Shown piece by piece: positions 25,601-39,217 of a DNA stretch of 64,000 nt. The position numbers and the translations under genes are program-made. How positions within the stretch are numbered: the first letter of the stretch is position 1; every line of letters starts with the position of its first letter. This DNA is from Prorocentrum cordatum (taxonomy: Eukaryota): NCBI GenBank assembly GCA_963575745.1, contig CAUYUJ010000109.1, positions 1 through 64,000 on the forward strand, in the 5' to 3' direction. The notes under the pieces are model-generated. The model searched no databases and was not told the origin of the DNA. It was given only the letters and a program-made list of their open reading frames with translations.

Positions 25601-27870
25601 ATGTATTTCAGCTGGCCAGCAGGACGGCAGATGCTCAGCTCATCAAGCATATCCGTTGCAGTGGCCTCCTTCCTTGCGACGGCTACGGATGCAGCGACAG
25701 TAGACGGTGCGGCCATCGAGGTGTCCGCTGGAGAGTTTTCGCCTTAAACTTCCGCGCAATAGTTCATGCCTTTCAGAGTGTGATTTCAGACTGGCGCTGA
25801 GACTTCCGCGCAGCAGCTCATGCCACCCAGAGTGTGAGTGCAGGCTCGTGCGGAGTACGGGGTGATGTATTTCAGCTGTCCAGCAGGAGGGCAGATGCTC
25901 AGCTCATCAAACATATCCGTTGCAGTGGCTTCCTTCCTTGCGACGGCTACGGATGCAGCGACAGTAGACGGTGCGGCCATCGAGGTGTCTGTTGGTGAGC
26001 TTTCGCCTTAAACTTCCGCGCACCAGTTCATGCCGTTTACTATGTGATCTCAGACTGGCGCTGAGACTTCCGCGCAGCAGCTCATGCCACCCAGGGTGTG
26101 AGTGCAGGCTTGTGCGGAGTACGGGGTGATGTATTTCAGCTGGCCAGCAGGAGGGCAGATGCTCAGCTCATCAAGCATATCCGTGGCAGTGGCTTCCCGC
26201 CTTGCGACGGCTACGGATGCAGCGACAGTAGACGGTGCGGCCATCGAGGTGTCTGTTGGTGAGCTTTCGCCTTAAACTTCCGCGCAACAGTTCATGCCTT
26301 TTAGAGTGTGATTTCAGACTGGCGCTGAGACTTCCGCGCAGCAGCTCATGCCACCCAGAGTGTGAGTGCAGGCTTGTGCGGAGTACGGGGTGATGTATTT
26401 CAGCTGGCCAGCAGGACGGCAGATGCTCAGCTCATCAAGCATATCCGTTGCAGTGGCTTCCTTCCTTGCGATGGCTACGGATGCAGCGACAGTAAACGGT
26501 GCGGCCATCGAGGTGTCTGTTAGAGAGCTTTCGCCTTAAACTTCCGCGCAACAGTTCATGCCTTTTAGAGTGTGATTTCAGACTGGCGCTGAGGCTTCCG
26601 CGTAGCAGCTCATGCCACCCAGAGTGTGAGTGCAGGCTTGTGCGGAGTACGGGCTGATGTATTTCAGCTGGCCAGCAAGGCGGCAGATGCTCAGCTCATC
26701 AAGCATATCCGTTGCAGTGGCCTCCTTCCTTGCGACGGCTACGGATGCAGCGACAGTAGACGGTGCGGCCATCGAGGTGTCTGTTGGTGAGCTTTCGCCT
26801 TACACTTCCGCGCACCAGTTCATGCCTTTTATTGTGTGATCTCAGACTGGCGCTGAGACTTCCGCGCAGCAGCTCATGCCACCCAGAGTGTGAATGCAGG
26901 CTTGTGCGGAGTACGGGGTGATGTATTTCAGCTGGCCAGCAGGAGGGCAGATGCTCAGCTCATCAAGCATATCCGTTGCAGTGGCCTCCTTCCTTGCGAC
27001 GGCTACGGATGCAGCGACAGTAGACGGTGCGGCCATCGAGGTGTCTGCTGGAGATCTTTCGCCTTAAACTTCCGCGGCGCAGCAGTTCATGCCTTTCAGA
27101 CTGTGATGTCAGACTGGCGCTGAGACTTCCGCGCAGCAGCTCATGCCACCCAGGGTGTGAGTGCAGGCTTGTGCGGAGTACGGGGTGATGTATTCCAGCT
27201 GGCCAGCAGGAGTGCAGATGCTCAGCTTATCAAGCATATCCGTTGCAGTGGCCTCCTTCCTTGCGACGGCTACGGATGCAGCGACAGTAGATGGTGCGGC
27301 CATCGAGGTGTCTGCTGGAGAGCTTTCGCCTTAAACTTCCGCGCAACAGTTCAGACTGGCGCTGAGACTTCCGCGCAGCAGCTCATGCCACCCAGGGTGT
27401 GAGTGCAGGCTTGTGCGGAGTACGGGGTGATGTATTCCAGCTGGCCAGCAGGAGTGCAGATGCTCAGCTTATCAAGCATATCCGTTGCAGTGGCCTCCTT
27501 CCTTGCGACGGCTACGGATGCAGCGACAGTAGATGGTGCGGCCATCGAGGTGTCTGCTGGAGAGCTTTCGCCTTAAACTTCCGCGCAACAGTTCAGACTG
27601 GCGCTGAGACTTCCGCGCAGCAGCTCATGCCACCCAGGGTGTGAGTGCAGGCTTGTGCGGAGTACGGGGTGATGTATTCCAGCTGGCCAGCAGGAGGGCA
27701 GATGCTCAGCTCATCAAGCATATCCGTTGCAGTGGCCTCCTTCCTTGCGACGGCTACGGATGCAGCGACAGTAGATGGTGCGGCCATCGAGGTGTCTGCT
27801 GGAAAGCTGACGCCTTAAACTTCCGCGCGCCAGCTCATGCCATCCAGAGTGTGATTTCAGGCTTGTGCGG
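22640..27870. repeat. 264-bp tandem satellite, ~17 copies, with a duplicated ~430-bp interruption
   Basis: CAGATGCTCAGCT(C/T)ATCAAGCATATCCG occurs at ~22661, 23358, 23622, 23886, 24149 and 24836, then about every 264 bp to ~27215, followed by two 242-bp units. Confidence 0.97.
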
Positions 27871-28813
27871 GATACGGAAACATGCACAGTAGGTCCGCGT
27901 CGTATTGACCGGCTGCGACCCCGCCACTGGCGTTCAACTTTGACCGCCGCCAGCGGCCCAGAATTAGTCGATGTTGAACAACCTGGCGTTTCTGAAGTGG
28001 CCGACCGTTCAAGGTTGAATGTTCCCCGCGGTGTCAGGAACCAACGCCGGGGTCGACACGTCACGAACCTGCCGTATTTCAATTCATGAGTAGCAAGGCG
28101 CCAGATGCCCAGGTCGTTCCACATGTCCGTTGCAGTAGCTGCTCTCCGTCCGACGGCTCCATCTGCAGCGATGGCAGATGCCGTGGGCATCGAGGTGCTG
28201 CTGACGAGCTCATGCCTGCAACTTCCGCGCGGCAGCTTTTGCCACCAGCTGTGACGCTCGGCGTATTCCCGTCAACCCGTCCAGAAACGAGCCCCAGGCG
28301 TGCTGCCCTGATCCAGGAGCCTGTAGGATCGTGCAGCCACAGCGGGGGTTGCACCCTCCATAGCACATTTCCCTTCGTGCCTTCGTCTGAAAGCGGACGC
28401 CTGGACGGTGGACTCCTGGCTCTTCGCGACAGCAGAGCGGAGCGAACATGGCCAGGAGTCAGCGACAGAAATACCTTCGTGCCTCGTGGCGCTCTCGGGG
28501 CTGCCCCCGCGCTTTCTTGGAGGCCTCGGGGTGGGGGGCCACCGAGGCTCACCCGGGGCTCTCTCGGGGACCTCCGCTCCCGCCCGGGCCGATCCAGGAG
28601 GCCATCGATCAGGCAAGGGGTATCCTTACTTTGTGCTCCCCCGTCGGAGCTTCAAGAATCGCCTGGGCCCTCCTGGGCTTTCGGTGGGGCGCTCGCCTTT
28701 GGGCCCTCCTCGGCTCTCCGCTTCCTCCCTCCCTCGGCCTCCTTTCGCTCCTGCCTCTCCCCTCCATTCCTTCTCTCCCCTTCCTTCCCTCCCTCCTCCC
28801 CCGCTCTGCCCTC

Positions 28814-28890
28814 TCCCTCCTCCTCCTCCTCCTCCTCCTCCTCCTCCTCCTCCTCCTCCTCCTCCTCCTCCTCCTCCTCCTCCTCCTCCC
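28814..28890. repeat. (CCT)n microsatellite
   Basis: Directly visible. Confidence 0.97.
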
Positions 28891-29019
28891 CCTCACGTTG
28901 CACGTGACGCACAGGAGCGAGTAGAAGATGCTGAAGCCAATCCTGAAAACCCTCGGACAGAGATGGGAGACCGAGTACGTGACGCGGGACCTGGGGCGCT
29001 TGGGAGGGGCGCCTGGGAA

Positions 29020-29290
29020 TGCGGGAAGTGCGGGATCCTCGAGCCAGGAGTTTGCAGCCATGCAGGGAAGGGCACAATCCTCGAGCGGGCGCGCACGGAA
29101 TGAGGGTTCAGGCATTAGTTGCCATGCGGGAAGAGAACCATCCTCGAGCGGGCACGTGTGGAAGAGGGATTTAAGCATTATGTGCCGTGCGGGAAGCGCA
29201 CCATCCTCAGGCGGGCGCGCGTGGATTGTTGTTTTAGGTATCAGCTGCCGTGCTGGAGGTGCACCATCCTCGAGCGGGGATGCACGCAAG
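29020..29290. repeat. Degenerate ~63-bp tandem repeat, 4-5 copies
   Basis: GCGGGAAG..ACCATCCTCGAGCGGG recurs at ~29062, 29126, 29189 and 29252. Confidence 0.75.
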
Positions 29291-29579
29291 AGTCTGCGGG
29301 AAGAGGGAGGGGCGGTCCCTTCTTAGAATTCTTTACGCTTCGCGTATCCCCACCAGCCCATCTCACAACAGCAACTCTGGCGAAGCATGCCGACAGCCGT
29401 GTGGTTCAGGCGTGTGTCCGCTTGCCCCCGCATATCTCCCCTGTTCCTCCTTCCTCCCGCCTCCTTGTACATCCTCCTTGTGGGGGGAGCGGGAGAAGGA
29501 CGAGGCGGAGGAGGAGGGAGAGAAAGCGGTGGGAGGCAAGAGGGACTTAGCGGAGAGGACGACCACAGCGATGATCTGA

Positions 29580-29637
29580 ACAACGACGACGCACCCGACG
29601 ACGACGACGATATCGACCGCAACGACGACGACGACCA

Positions 29638-29669
<32 letters not shown>

Positions 29670-29694
29670 ACGTCGACGACGACGACGACGACGA

Positions 29695-29751
<57 letters not shown>
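29580..29751. repeat. (GAC)n microsatellite (others at 31615-31700, 32693-32800, 38940-39180, 40160-40258; inverted at 48820-48940)
   Basis: Directly visible. Confidence 0.95.
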
Positions 29752-29754
29752 TTG

Positions 29755-30312
29755 GTGGGAGTCGTTGGGGGCCCTCGTGGTGTGAGTCCTTCGGCCCCGT
29801 CGTCCTTGTGTGAGTCCTTCGGGGCCCTATTCCTGGTGTGAGTCGTTCGGGCTCCTCGTTGTGTGAGTCGTTCGGGCCCCTCGTCCAGGTGAGAGTCGTT
29901 GGGGCTTCTCGTGGTTCGAGTCGTTCGGGCCTCTCGTCCTGGTTTGAGTCTTTCGGGCCCTTCTTCCTGGTGTGAGTTGTTCGTGCTCTTCGTGGTGTGA
30001 GTCGTTCGGGCTCTTCGTCCTGGTGTGAGTCGTTCGGGCTTCTCGTGGTGTGAGTTGTTCGGGCCCTTCGTCTTGGTGTGAGTCGTTCGGGCCCCTCCTC
30101 CTGGTGTGAGTCGTTCGGGCTCCTCGTGGTGTGAGTCGTTCGGGCGTCTCGTCCTGGTGTGAGTCGTTCGGGCCCCTCGTCCTGGTGTGAGTCGTTCGGG
30201 CTCTTCGTGGTGTGAGTCGTTCGGGCCCCTCGTCCTGGGGTGAGTCGTTCGGGCTTCTCGTGGTGTGAGGCGTTCGGGCACCTCGTCCGCGTGCGAGTCG
30301 TTCGGGCCCCTC
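29755..30312 (+). repeat. 25-28-bp tandem array with core GTGTGAGTCGTTCGGGC
   Basis: About 20 copies of the 17-bp core, each with a short C/T/G tail. Confidence 0.95.
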
Positions 30313-31077
<765 letters not shown>

Positions 31078-31309
31078 CTATCTCCGAACAGCAATCCCAG
31101 CGAAGCATGCCGACAGTCGTTTGGTGCAGGCGTGTGTCTGCCTGCCTTCGCATATATCCTCTGCTCCTATTTCCTTCTGCCTCCTTGTACAGCCTCCTTG
31201 TGGGGGAGCCGGAGGAGGACGAGTCGGAGGAGGAGGAGGGAGTGAAGGAGTTGGGAGGCAAGACAGAGGGCGTTCGTCGTCGAGTCCAGCGATCTCTCCC
31301 GACCAGCGT

Positions 31310-32691
31310 CGTCGTTGTTGCCATTCTGGCTCACAGTATTGCAGTGTGGCTGTGAGCTTAGCTCCGCCTACCAGCAATCGTTTCCGCCTACCAGCATCAT
31401 TCCTGCGGCTGGCATGGAGAAGCGCCCGTACGCTCTTGTACCCTTGCTAGCCACGGGGGCTCCTTGGAGCGAGCGTGGAGAATGTCGGTCGTCGGCATTC
31501 TCGCACCACCTTTAGCTTCGACGGTGCGGTCGGCGCGCTGCACTTCGCTCCGCATGGCCTGGAACGTGATGGGGAGGCTTACACCGCGAGGGCAGTGAGC
31601 GTAGCTCAGCCCACTACGACGACGACGACGACAGGACGACGACGACGTTGAGACAACGACGACGACGACGACTACGACGTCAATGGTGACGCCGACGGCG
31701 AGCGGAACGCACGCGCCCATCGTGCTTTTGGCACGATGTGGCTGCGTTGCGCAAGTAGTGCACATCGCCCATCACGCCTACGGGCTCGCCACTTTTTGTT
31801 GTGATGCATGTCGCACCCTCCTCCATTGGCCCCGCTTTCGTGGCAGCAGGTCCTCGTTGCGGTTAACGCTCGGGGACATGCAGGCGCGGCGGCCACCGCG
31901 GGATGCCCCAGAGACGCGCCACTCTCGAGCTTTTATTGGCACGATCCGGCCACATTGCGAAATTAGGGCGCTCGCTCCCCGTCACACACATGCGCGCACA
32001 TCCAAAACATAAGCACTCAAAAATCATACACACACAACAACGAAGCACATAAATAACTGCGCAGAATTTGAACCCTGTCCCCCCCTGCCAAGGGGGTGAG
32101 GGGGCCCGCCATTTTTCCTTTGGAGGTCGATCGGGCCCTGGCGAGGCCTGGCAGTCGAACTTCCGATGCTTCGTCCGCCGCGCTCGTGTGCAGTAGACGC
32201 GTCGAGCGTTGCGCAACGTGTTGGCTGAATTGCATCCGCCTTTTCTTATGAAAAATAGGAGAAAAAATACAGCAGGACTAAGGCCCTCCGAACCCTTGCA
32301 GGGGTCAGGTGTCATGAAAGGGCTTGCAGGTATTCAAGAGCTCCAGGCTATGTAAATGACTTGCGGCCTGTCCCGCCACAGGCTATGTACTGGCTTTCGG
32401 CCTATCCTGCCTCAGGATATCTAGGGGCCTGCGGCCTATCCCGCCACCGTGGTGCAGGGATCCACGATCTTCAGGCTCTAATAATATACAAGGCTGTCAG
32501 GCTCAAGCTTGAGATTTCTTCAAGGCTCACCACAGGGTTTGTAAGTGTATAAAGGCTGACAATGGACAATACAGTCCGTTGGCGATCCTTCAGTCGCAAG
32601 CTTCAGACATGTCATGTCGTCTTGGTTGTTTTGTGTTATGTTGAATCATTTGCGGTCCTGTCTCAAGTTTTGTGTTAGAGTCAATATACCC

Positions 32692-32725
<34 letters not shown>

Positions 32726-32860
32726 AACGACGATGACGTCGACGTCGACGACGACGACGACGATGACGACCACGACGACGACGACGATTCATCGACGACG
32801 CGCTTCCTCTTGTCTGTTCTCGTCGTCCTTTTTTGTTATGTTTGCTGGTCCGCCTTGTAT
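31310..32860 (+). mobile_element. Internally deleted derivative of the 34.5-40.3 kb helicase-bearing unit
   Basis: Collinear matches: 31310-31475 with 34500-34665; 31475-31613 with 36857-36995 (helicase fragment); 31697-32600 with 39218-40112; 32788-32860 with 40247-40318. Confidence 0.75.
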
Positions 32861-32904
32861 GTCTGGGTTCTTGTCGGGGTTTCCTGTGGTTCTCGTGAGT
32901 TGTC

Positions 32905-33868
32905 TGTGAGTCGTTCGGGGGGGTTTCTGGGAGTCGTTCGGGCCGTTCGTTCGTGTGCGCATGCTTCTGGAGTTTTCTGTGAGTCGTTCGGGCCGCTCGT
33001 CCTGGTGTGAGTCGTTCGGGCCCCTCCTTGTGTGTGAGTCGTTCGGGCTCCTCGTGGTGTGAAAAGTTCGGGCGCCTCGTCCTGGTGTGAGTCGTTCGGG
33101 CCCCTCCTTGTGTGTGAGTCGTTCGGGCGCCTCGTGGTGTGAGTCATTCGGGCTCCTCCTGGTGTGAGTCGTTCGGGCCCCTCGTCCTGGTGTGAGTCGT
33201 TCGGGCCCTTCCTTGTGTGTGAGTCGTTCGGGCTCCTCGTGGTGTGAGTCGTTCGGGCCTGTCGTCCTCGTGTGAGTCGTTCGGGCTCCTCCTTGTGTGT
33301 GAGTCGTTCGGGCTCCTGGTGGCGTGAGTAGTTCGGGCCTCTCGGCCTGGTGGGAGTCGTTCGGGCCCCTCCTTGTGTGTGAGTCGTTCGGGCTCCTCGT
33401 GGTGTGAGTCGTTCGGGCCCCTCGTCGTGGTGTGAGTCGTTCGGGCCCCTCCTTGTGTGTGAGTCGTTCGGGCTCCTCGTGGTGTGAGTCGTTCGGGCCA
33501 CTCGTCCTGGTGTGAGTCGTTCGGGCTTCTCCTTGTGCGTGAGTCGTTCGGTCTCCTCGTGGTGTGAGTCGTTCGGGCCCCCCGTCCTGGTGTGAGTCGT
33601 TCGGGCCCCTCCTTTGTGTGTGAGTCGTTCGGGCTCCTTGTGGTGTGAGTAGTTCGGGCTCCTCGTCCTGGTGTGAGTCGTTCGGGCGCCTCCTTGCGTG
33701 TGAGTCGTTGGGGCTCCTCGTGGTGTGAGTCGTTCGGGCCTGTCGTCCTGGTGTGAGTCGTTCCGGCCCCTCTTTGTGTGTGAGTCGTTCGGGCTCCCCG
33801 TGGTGTGAGTCGTTCGGGCCCCCCGTCCTGGTGTGAGTCGTTCGGGCGCCTCCTTGCGTGTGAGTCGT
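32905..33868 (+). repeat. GTGTGAGTCGTTCGGGC-core tandem array with a ~80-bp three-unit higher-order period
   Basis: The tails TCCTCGTG, CCCTCGTCCTG and CCCTCCTTGT alternate. Confidence 0.95.
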
Positions 33869-34503
33869 GAGAGCGCTGTACCAGCGCATCTTTAACGTCG
33901 CTCTAATTGCAAAGTCTGGTAACCCTGCTAGTAACCCCATGCGTCTCCATGCTCGCAAGGTCTGCGGGAGAATGAGCATAGCTCAGCCCGTCGTCCACAA
34001 ACAATAAGAGACATTATCCGTAACCACTATTCACAGGTGACCCCTTGTGGAATTTGAAGCGGTCGTTCCGCCCCTCGTCCTTCTCCTCCTTCTCGTTATC
34101 GGAGTTCTGGTGGTGCGCGCACGAAGGCTTTCACGTTTGTGGTGTGATGATACCGCCCGCGGGAGCGCAACGCTTTTTGTCTTGTCGCTGTCTTCATTTC
34201 CCGACGCTTCTGGACGGCATTTGAGGTTCTTCAGTTCGTTCCAAGACGGTCCAAGGCCCAGGAGGGCCCAGGGGGCTTTTACATCTCGTAAGAGGGCTCA
34301 AAGAACGCTCCAAGAAAATCCAGAAGGAATGCGGATCGAGATGGCGCGGCCTCGGGTTCTGGAGGCCCGGGGGAAGCCGCTGGGAGAAATCCCGAGGGTG
34401 TGCAGCAATCGCGTGAGGCCCCAAGAGGCTCCGAGGAAGTGCCACGAGGTCACCAAGGGGCTCAGGATTGGCCCAAGTCCATATGTGCTCCAGCGTTGTC
34501 GTC

Positions 34504-34526
34504 GCTGTTGCCATTCTGGCTCACAG
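34504..34526 (+). other. Relict dinoflagellate spliced-leader-like sequence (others at 31314-31336, 40649-40671, 45799-45820)
   Basis: GCTGTTGCCATTCTGGCTCACAG vs DinoSL DCCGTAGCCATTTTGGCTCAAG gives 19/22 matches plus one insertion. The 45799 copy, TCCGTAGCCATTGTGGCCCCAC, matches 18/22 and its first 12 nt are exact. Confidence 0.65.
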
Positions 34527-34603
34527 CTTTGCAGTGTGGCTGTGAGCTTAGCTCCGCCTACCAGCAACCGCTTCCGCCCTCCAGCAATTTCCTTGCGGTC
34601 GGC

Positions 34604-37600
34604 ATGGAGAGGTGCCCGTGCGCCCTGGTAACCTTGCTAGCAGTGGGGGCCCCTTGGAGCGAGCAGGGCGAGGGCAAGTCTTTCGAAGAGTTCATGCTGG
34701 GCACGTTTGGATCATCGCTCGATGGTGGCGTTCCGCCGGAAAGCCAAGATGCAGCATTTAGCTGCGCGCATCCGTCTCGGAACGGGTCGAATAGCTTGCT
34801 GAAGGGTCATGCCGCATGCCGATTTCCAGATGCGTCAGAGACTCCGCGTGTCATTCTTGCAGTTCGTGGCGCGTGGTTACCGCCTGGCGAGGCTGACGTC
34901 ATCCACAGTGCGTTGCCCAGCAAGTCAGTCTTGAAATTTTGGGTTGCTGTGCGTGCCGATGAGGAGGTGGTCATTCCTCCTTCTTTTGGCAACGACCGAT
35001 CGTCGCCGTACCGCCGTCGCCCAGCAGACATCGCGGATTGCCTGCCGCCAGAGCTACTCCGGCGAATAAAACGGAACGCCCTGAGAGCAATAGACTTCGC
35101 GGAGCAGGCCCTCGCGAATAAGGGAGCTCAAAGTACCAAGAGGCTGAGGCAGGATGGCAGCGGTGAGCTCAGCTGCATGAAGAAACTCGTCGCTCAGTTG
35201 GGCGCGAAGGAGCTGCCTCCTCGGGGGCGCCCCAGCACTGCCTGGAAAGCTTGCGGTGACACGGTGTTTGCGCCCGCGGATATCGTGGCTCGGGGGTGCA
35301 GTTGCGGCCGCCTGGAGAAGTTCCCCGTGCGCATGTCCGTCGATTGTTGCGGCTTACGGCCCAGCAACGTGGCTCGCAAGACCAGGTTCAACGTAGAGTA
35401 AGAGGTCGCGCCAGCGCTGCTGCATGCGGCGAAGGGCAAGCTGCTGTGCGAACTGCGGGCGGGGTCTGTTCGCAACGAAGATGTGGTGCGTCTGAAGGTT
35501 CGCGAGGACAACCTCGGTTGTGCTTCCATCGTGTGCAACATGTACACGTTTACTGACAGGGGTGCCCGTTGGCGCGTTGCCTCCGAAGGCGACTTCGCAA
35601 CTGACGAGCGCCGCATGCTGTGGATGATAAGTACGCGCGTACTGTCGAACATGGGCATCCAGGGCAATGCGCTTAGCGCAGGCTGTCGAGACATTCGCAT
35701 TGCTAGCCCGCACGTTAGCCCAGATAGCCTGGAAGCAGCCTGCCGGAGCGGAACGCTCCATGTCGTAACGGCTGCGCTGAGGAAAGATTACGCTACTCGC
35801 ATCGCTCTGGAGCCAGAGGTGCACGCAGAGGGAGAGTATCTCGGCGTTATCCTTGAATGGGTTGGCAACCGAGTATACCAGCGCGCTGCTCTTGTTCGCA
35901 GCGCTACTGCGGAGAATACTCTTGGGCTCGGCGCTCTGCGGGCTGCCTTTTCCATAGTGCAGCCTTGGCCAGGACCGCCAGTCGCAGTGGGAAATGTGCT
36001 GAAGAATAGAGTCTCTCCATCGTCTGACTTCATCCAGTCGGTATTGCGCAGGCGCCGCATTCAGCTGTCGGACGATCAGAAGCGATGCATGGAGACCATC
36101 AACGCCTCGGACAATCATCACTTGGTCATCCAGGCTTACGCAGGCACTGGAAAGTCGCTACTTTTGGCTTTGCTGGTCGAGGCAGCGTTGGCCCACGTCG
36201 ACAGACAGAATGGCGCAGTGGTGATCGTGACTCCTTCGCGTAATCTGCGTGACTCCATGTTGCAAGGTCAGGATTTCCTAGACAAGGTGTTTGTGGCGGA
36301 TGATTACGGGCCCCGAGTTGTTTGGCTTGGGCGACCTTCAGATGCCCCCGGGGCGTTGAGCACATGGGAAAATAAGGTTGCGGAATTGGTGCATGAACGG
36401 CTGCGCTCTCTGCGCGCAGAGGTGCAAGAGCTGGAAGGTTTACGTCTACGCCCTGCTTTTCAGAGTATCATGGAGTTCCGCATCTCCTGGAAGGACCTGC
36501 CAGCGGCCTCTGTTGTCGTGTTTGGGGACGCTGAGTTCGCGGCGTTGGAGGAGTTCCGCGGCCGTGCTCGCCAGCACATGCTACAGATCTTCGCCATCAA
36601 ACGGAGAAGGGCGGAGCTCTGGGAGGACGTCATCACAGAAGGCACCAACGGTTATCTCATCGTGTCAACAATGGATTCTTTCGTCAAGTGGCGGGCGGGA
36701 GCCGTTAAAGGATACCTGAACCGTTTTTTGGATCGCCTGGAGATCAGGCTGTTCTGCATGGAAGAGTTTGAGTCCTACGACGTTTCCCAGGTGGTAGCTG
36801 CCTTGGCGAACGTGTCTGTACAGACATTGCTCATGGTGGGGGACCAGCATCAGAGAGTGGAGAATGTCGGTGGCCGGCGTTCCCGCTCCACCTTCAGCTC
36901 CGACAGCGCGGTCGGCGCGCTGCCCTTCGCTCCGCGCGGCCTGGAAGGTGATGGCGAGGATTGCGCCGCGATGGCAGTGGGCGTAGCTCAGCCCACGCCG
37001 TCTGCTCTGACAGGAAGCGTGGCCGTCCCTGAGGCCCGTCCGTGGTGCGAATGGTGCCAAAAGGCCGAGAATGCAGTCCTCGACGTTTGCAACAGGTGCG
37101 GCAAGGACGTCTGCAACTACGTGGCGCACTGCTTTGAGTTCGCGAGCACTTTTGCTTCTGACTCCGCTGTCGCTCGTGACACCACATTGCAGCGCGTATT
37201 CTACGACGGCGACCAATGGTGCAGGAGTCCAGTTCGGGGCGGTGATGAAGTCGGTTGGCACCCTCTCTTGTTCGAATGTTTATGCCACGCCGTTGCCGCA
37301 GATTTGAGCGAGTACAGAAGTCTCCAGCGGGAGTTCAAAGCTTTTCCACGACCAACGGTGCTGATCATCATGCCTTTGAGCCGGTCAGCAATCCCGCTGT
37401 GTTGCTTGATGCAAGCTGCTTTCGATGACGCAACTCTGGGCCCAGGGGTCGTGCAAGTGTCGCTCCCTTTGAATGTGAGGGGGGAGAGCGTCCCTATAGC
37501 GCACTGCCTGCGGCATCGTTGCACAGTGGGCGCTCAGGACCAATGCGCCGGGACGCAAAGGAACTTGAACCAAGAGTACATCAACTTGACGCGCGGGGTG

Positions 37601-38922
37601 GTGAAGACTTGCATGTGGGTAGAATTGCAACCGTTCGGGCATCCAGGAATGCCGCGCGAAGCGCGCCATGAGTATGTCGGCGGTGGGTCCAAGGACGAGT
37701 TTTGCTCCGCGTACGCGAAGCGCAGGAACAAACACATCTGGGACTACTTCCGTGGGGCATTCTCGCGGGCCGCCAGAATATACAAGCGTCGTATCACGAC
37801 TGCTTTGAGGTTTGGCTTCGACATGATGCTGCTCGTCGTGTACATGACATCGCTGATGAGGTGTGGTGGAAGCTGGAGCGGAACCAGATTCCAAACTTGC
37901 CGACACTCGGCCAGGGATGCAGCGACTACAAATCCTTCGATGATGTCCTAGCGCAAGCAGCCGGCGCAGGCGCGTCTCTTGCGCAATTCGTGCGCGAGTC
38001 CACCAGGTCGCTTCGGGATTTGGGTCGTGGAGCGGCAGCCGAGCGATGGGGCGTGCAGGAGATGCGCGACAAGGTGAGCCGCGATGTGGACTTGTTGGAT
38101 TGGATGCCAGGCATGACGTTCGGCCACTTGTTGCTGCCGTGCGCCGCCGCAGAGGTGAGCTCCGAAGCAGGCAAAGGCGTGACGCGCCTCTGCTTCCCAT
38201 TCCTTCATGCTCACGCGGGTCTGGAGGTCGAGAGCGCTATAACAGCACTCTGCAGCCTGGCCTGGTTTCTGTTGTTCGTGCTGGAGAAGGACCTCGTGTC
38301 GGATGCGCGTGTGAGCAGAGAACTGCATAAAATGCGGGTCATAGAAGAAGACGGGGACCTTTGGTTCAACAAGGCCTGCCAGTCCGGACGCATAGCCACA
38401 GCCATCAAGGACAAGGGCAAGAGCGTAGTCTACATGTATGTTGGCGGAGGGGCAGTGGACCACGAGCAGTCTTACCTCTTGGGCGGCGTCGTAGTACTCT
38501 GCAAGAGCTGGAGGTGGGCGGCTTTGGTGTACTCCGCGGTGAGAATTGCGGGCCTCGCGTGCAACAACTCGATGGGCTCCTTGGACTCCGCGTTGGTGAT
38601 CTGCGACGAGACCGAGCCAAGCGAGTCTACAACTGAACCCGCACCTGCGACGCAATCACCCGTTCTTGACTTCCGCAAACTCACTGAGGAGACGTGGCTC
38701 TGTGTTGGTTCATTGGGTGACGTGTTTAAGTCCGATGTCGAGGCGCCGGGGCGCGCTGGAAGAGCCGAAAGGGCCACCCAGTCCGACCAGGTAGGCATCC
38801 AGTTCGCATCTCTGCAAGAACTTTATGAATCAGAGGTGGAGCTCTTGCTCGGCGGGGGCGATTATATTCCAAGTCTGTCTGCTACGGAAGTTGCCGAAGC
38901 AGAGAGCGTCTTCGGTGCGTAG
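34604..38922 (+). pseudogene. Divergent superfamily-1 (UPF1/DNA2/SEN1-like) helicase gene, apparently intronless
   Basis: Motifs in order: Q-motif LSDDQ, Walker A VIQAYAGTGKS (36134-36157), Ia IVTPSRNLRD, Ib LIVSTM, II FCMEEFE, III MVGDQHQ, IV CNRC, V NVRGES, VI YINLTRG. One in-frame TAA at 35399 and a frameshift near 37745 link three ORF-track pieces. The start position is uncertain. Confidence 0.8.
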
Positions 38923-39217
38923 CAGTGATAATCGGTGGAGGACGCCGACGGCGACGACGTTGAAAACGTCGGAGGCGACGACGACGACCACGACCACGAC
39001 GACGACGACGACGATGACCGCTCGACGACGACGACGACGATGACGACGACGACGACGACGCCGACGCGGAGGACGACGACGACGACACGACGACGACGTC
39101 GTCGAGACAACGACGACGACGACGACGACAACGAGGACGTGAACGGCGACGCTGACGACGCCGACGCGACGGCGACGACAGGGGGGGCACTTTTCGGAGC
39201 CTCTTCTCTCTGGAGAG

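Noticed and set aside
22640..27870. Tandem array of 64-81-aa genes (ORF track)
   Set aside because: These are translations of a satellite unit with stops in each frame checked. No domain is recognisable.
32905..33868. CRISPR-like array (constant 17-bp repeat with variable spacers)
   Set aside because: The spacers are only 8-11 bp and are themselves repeated in a cycle. There are no cas genes and the context is eukaryotic.
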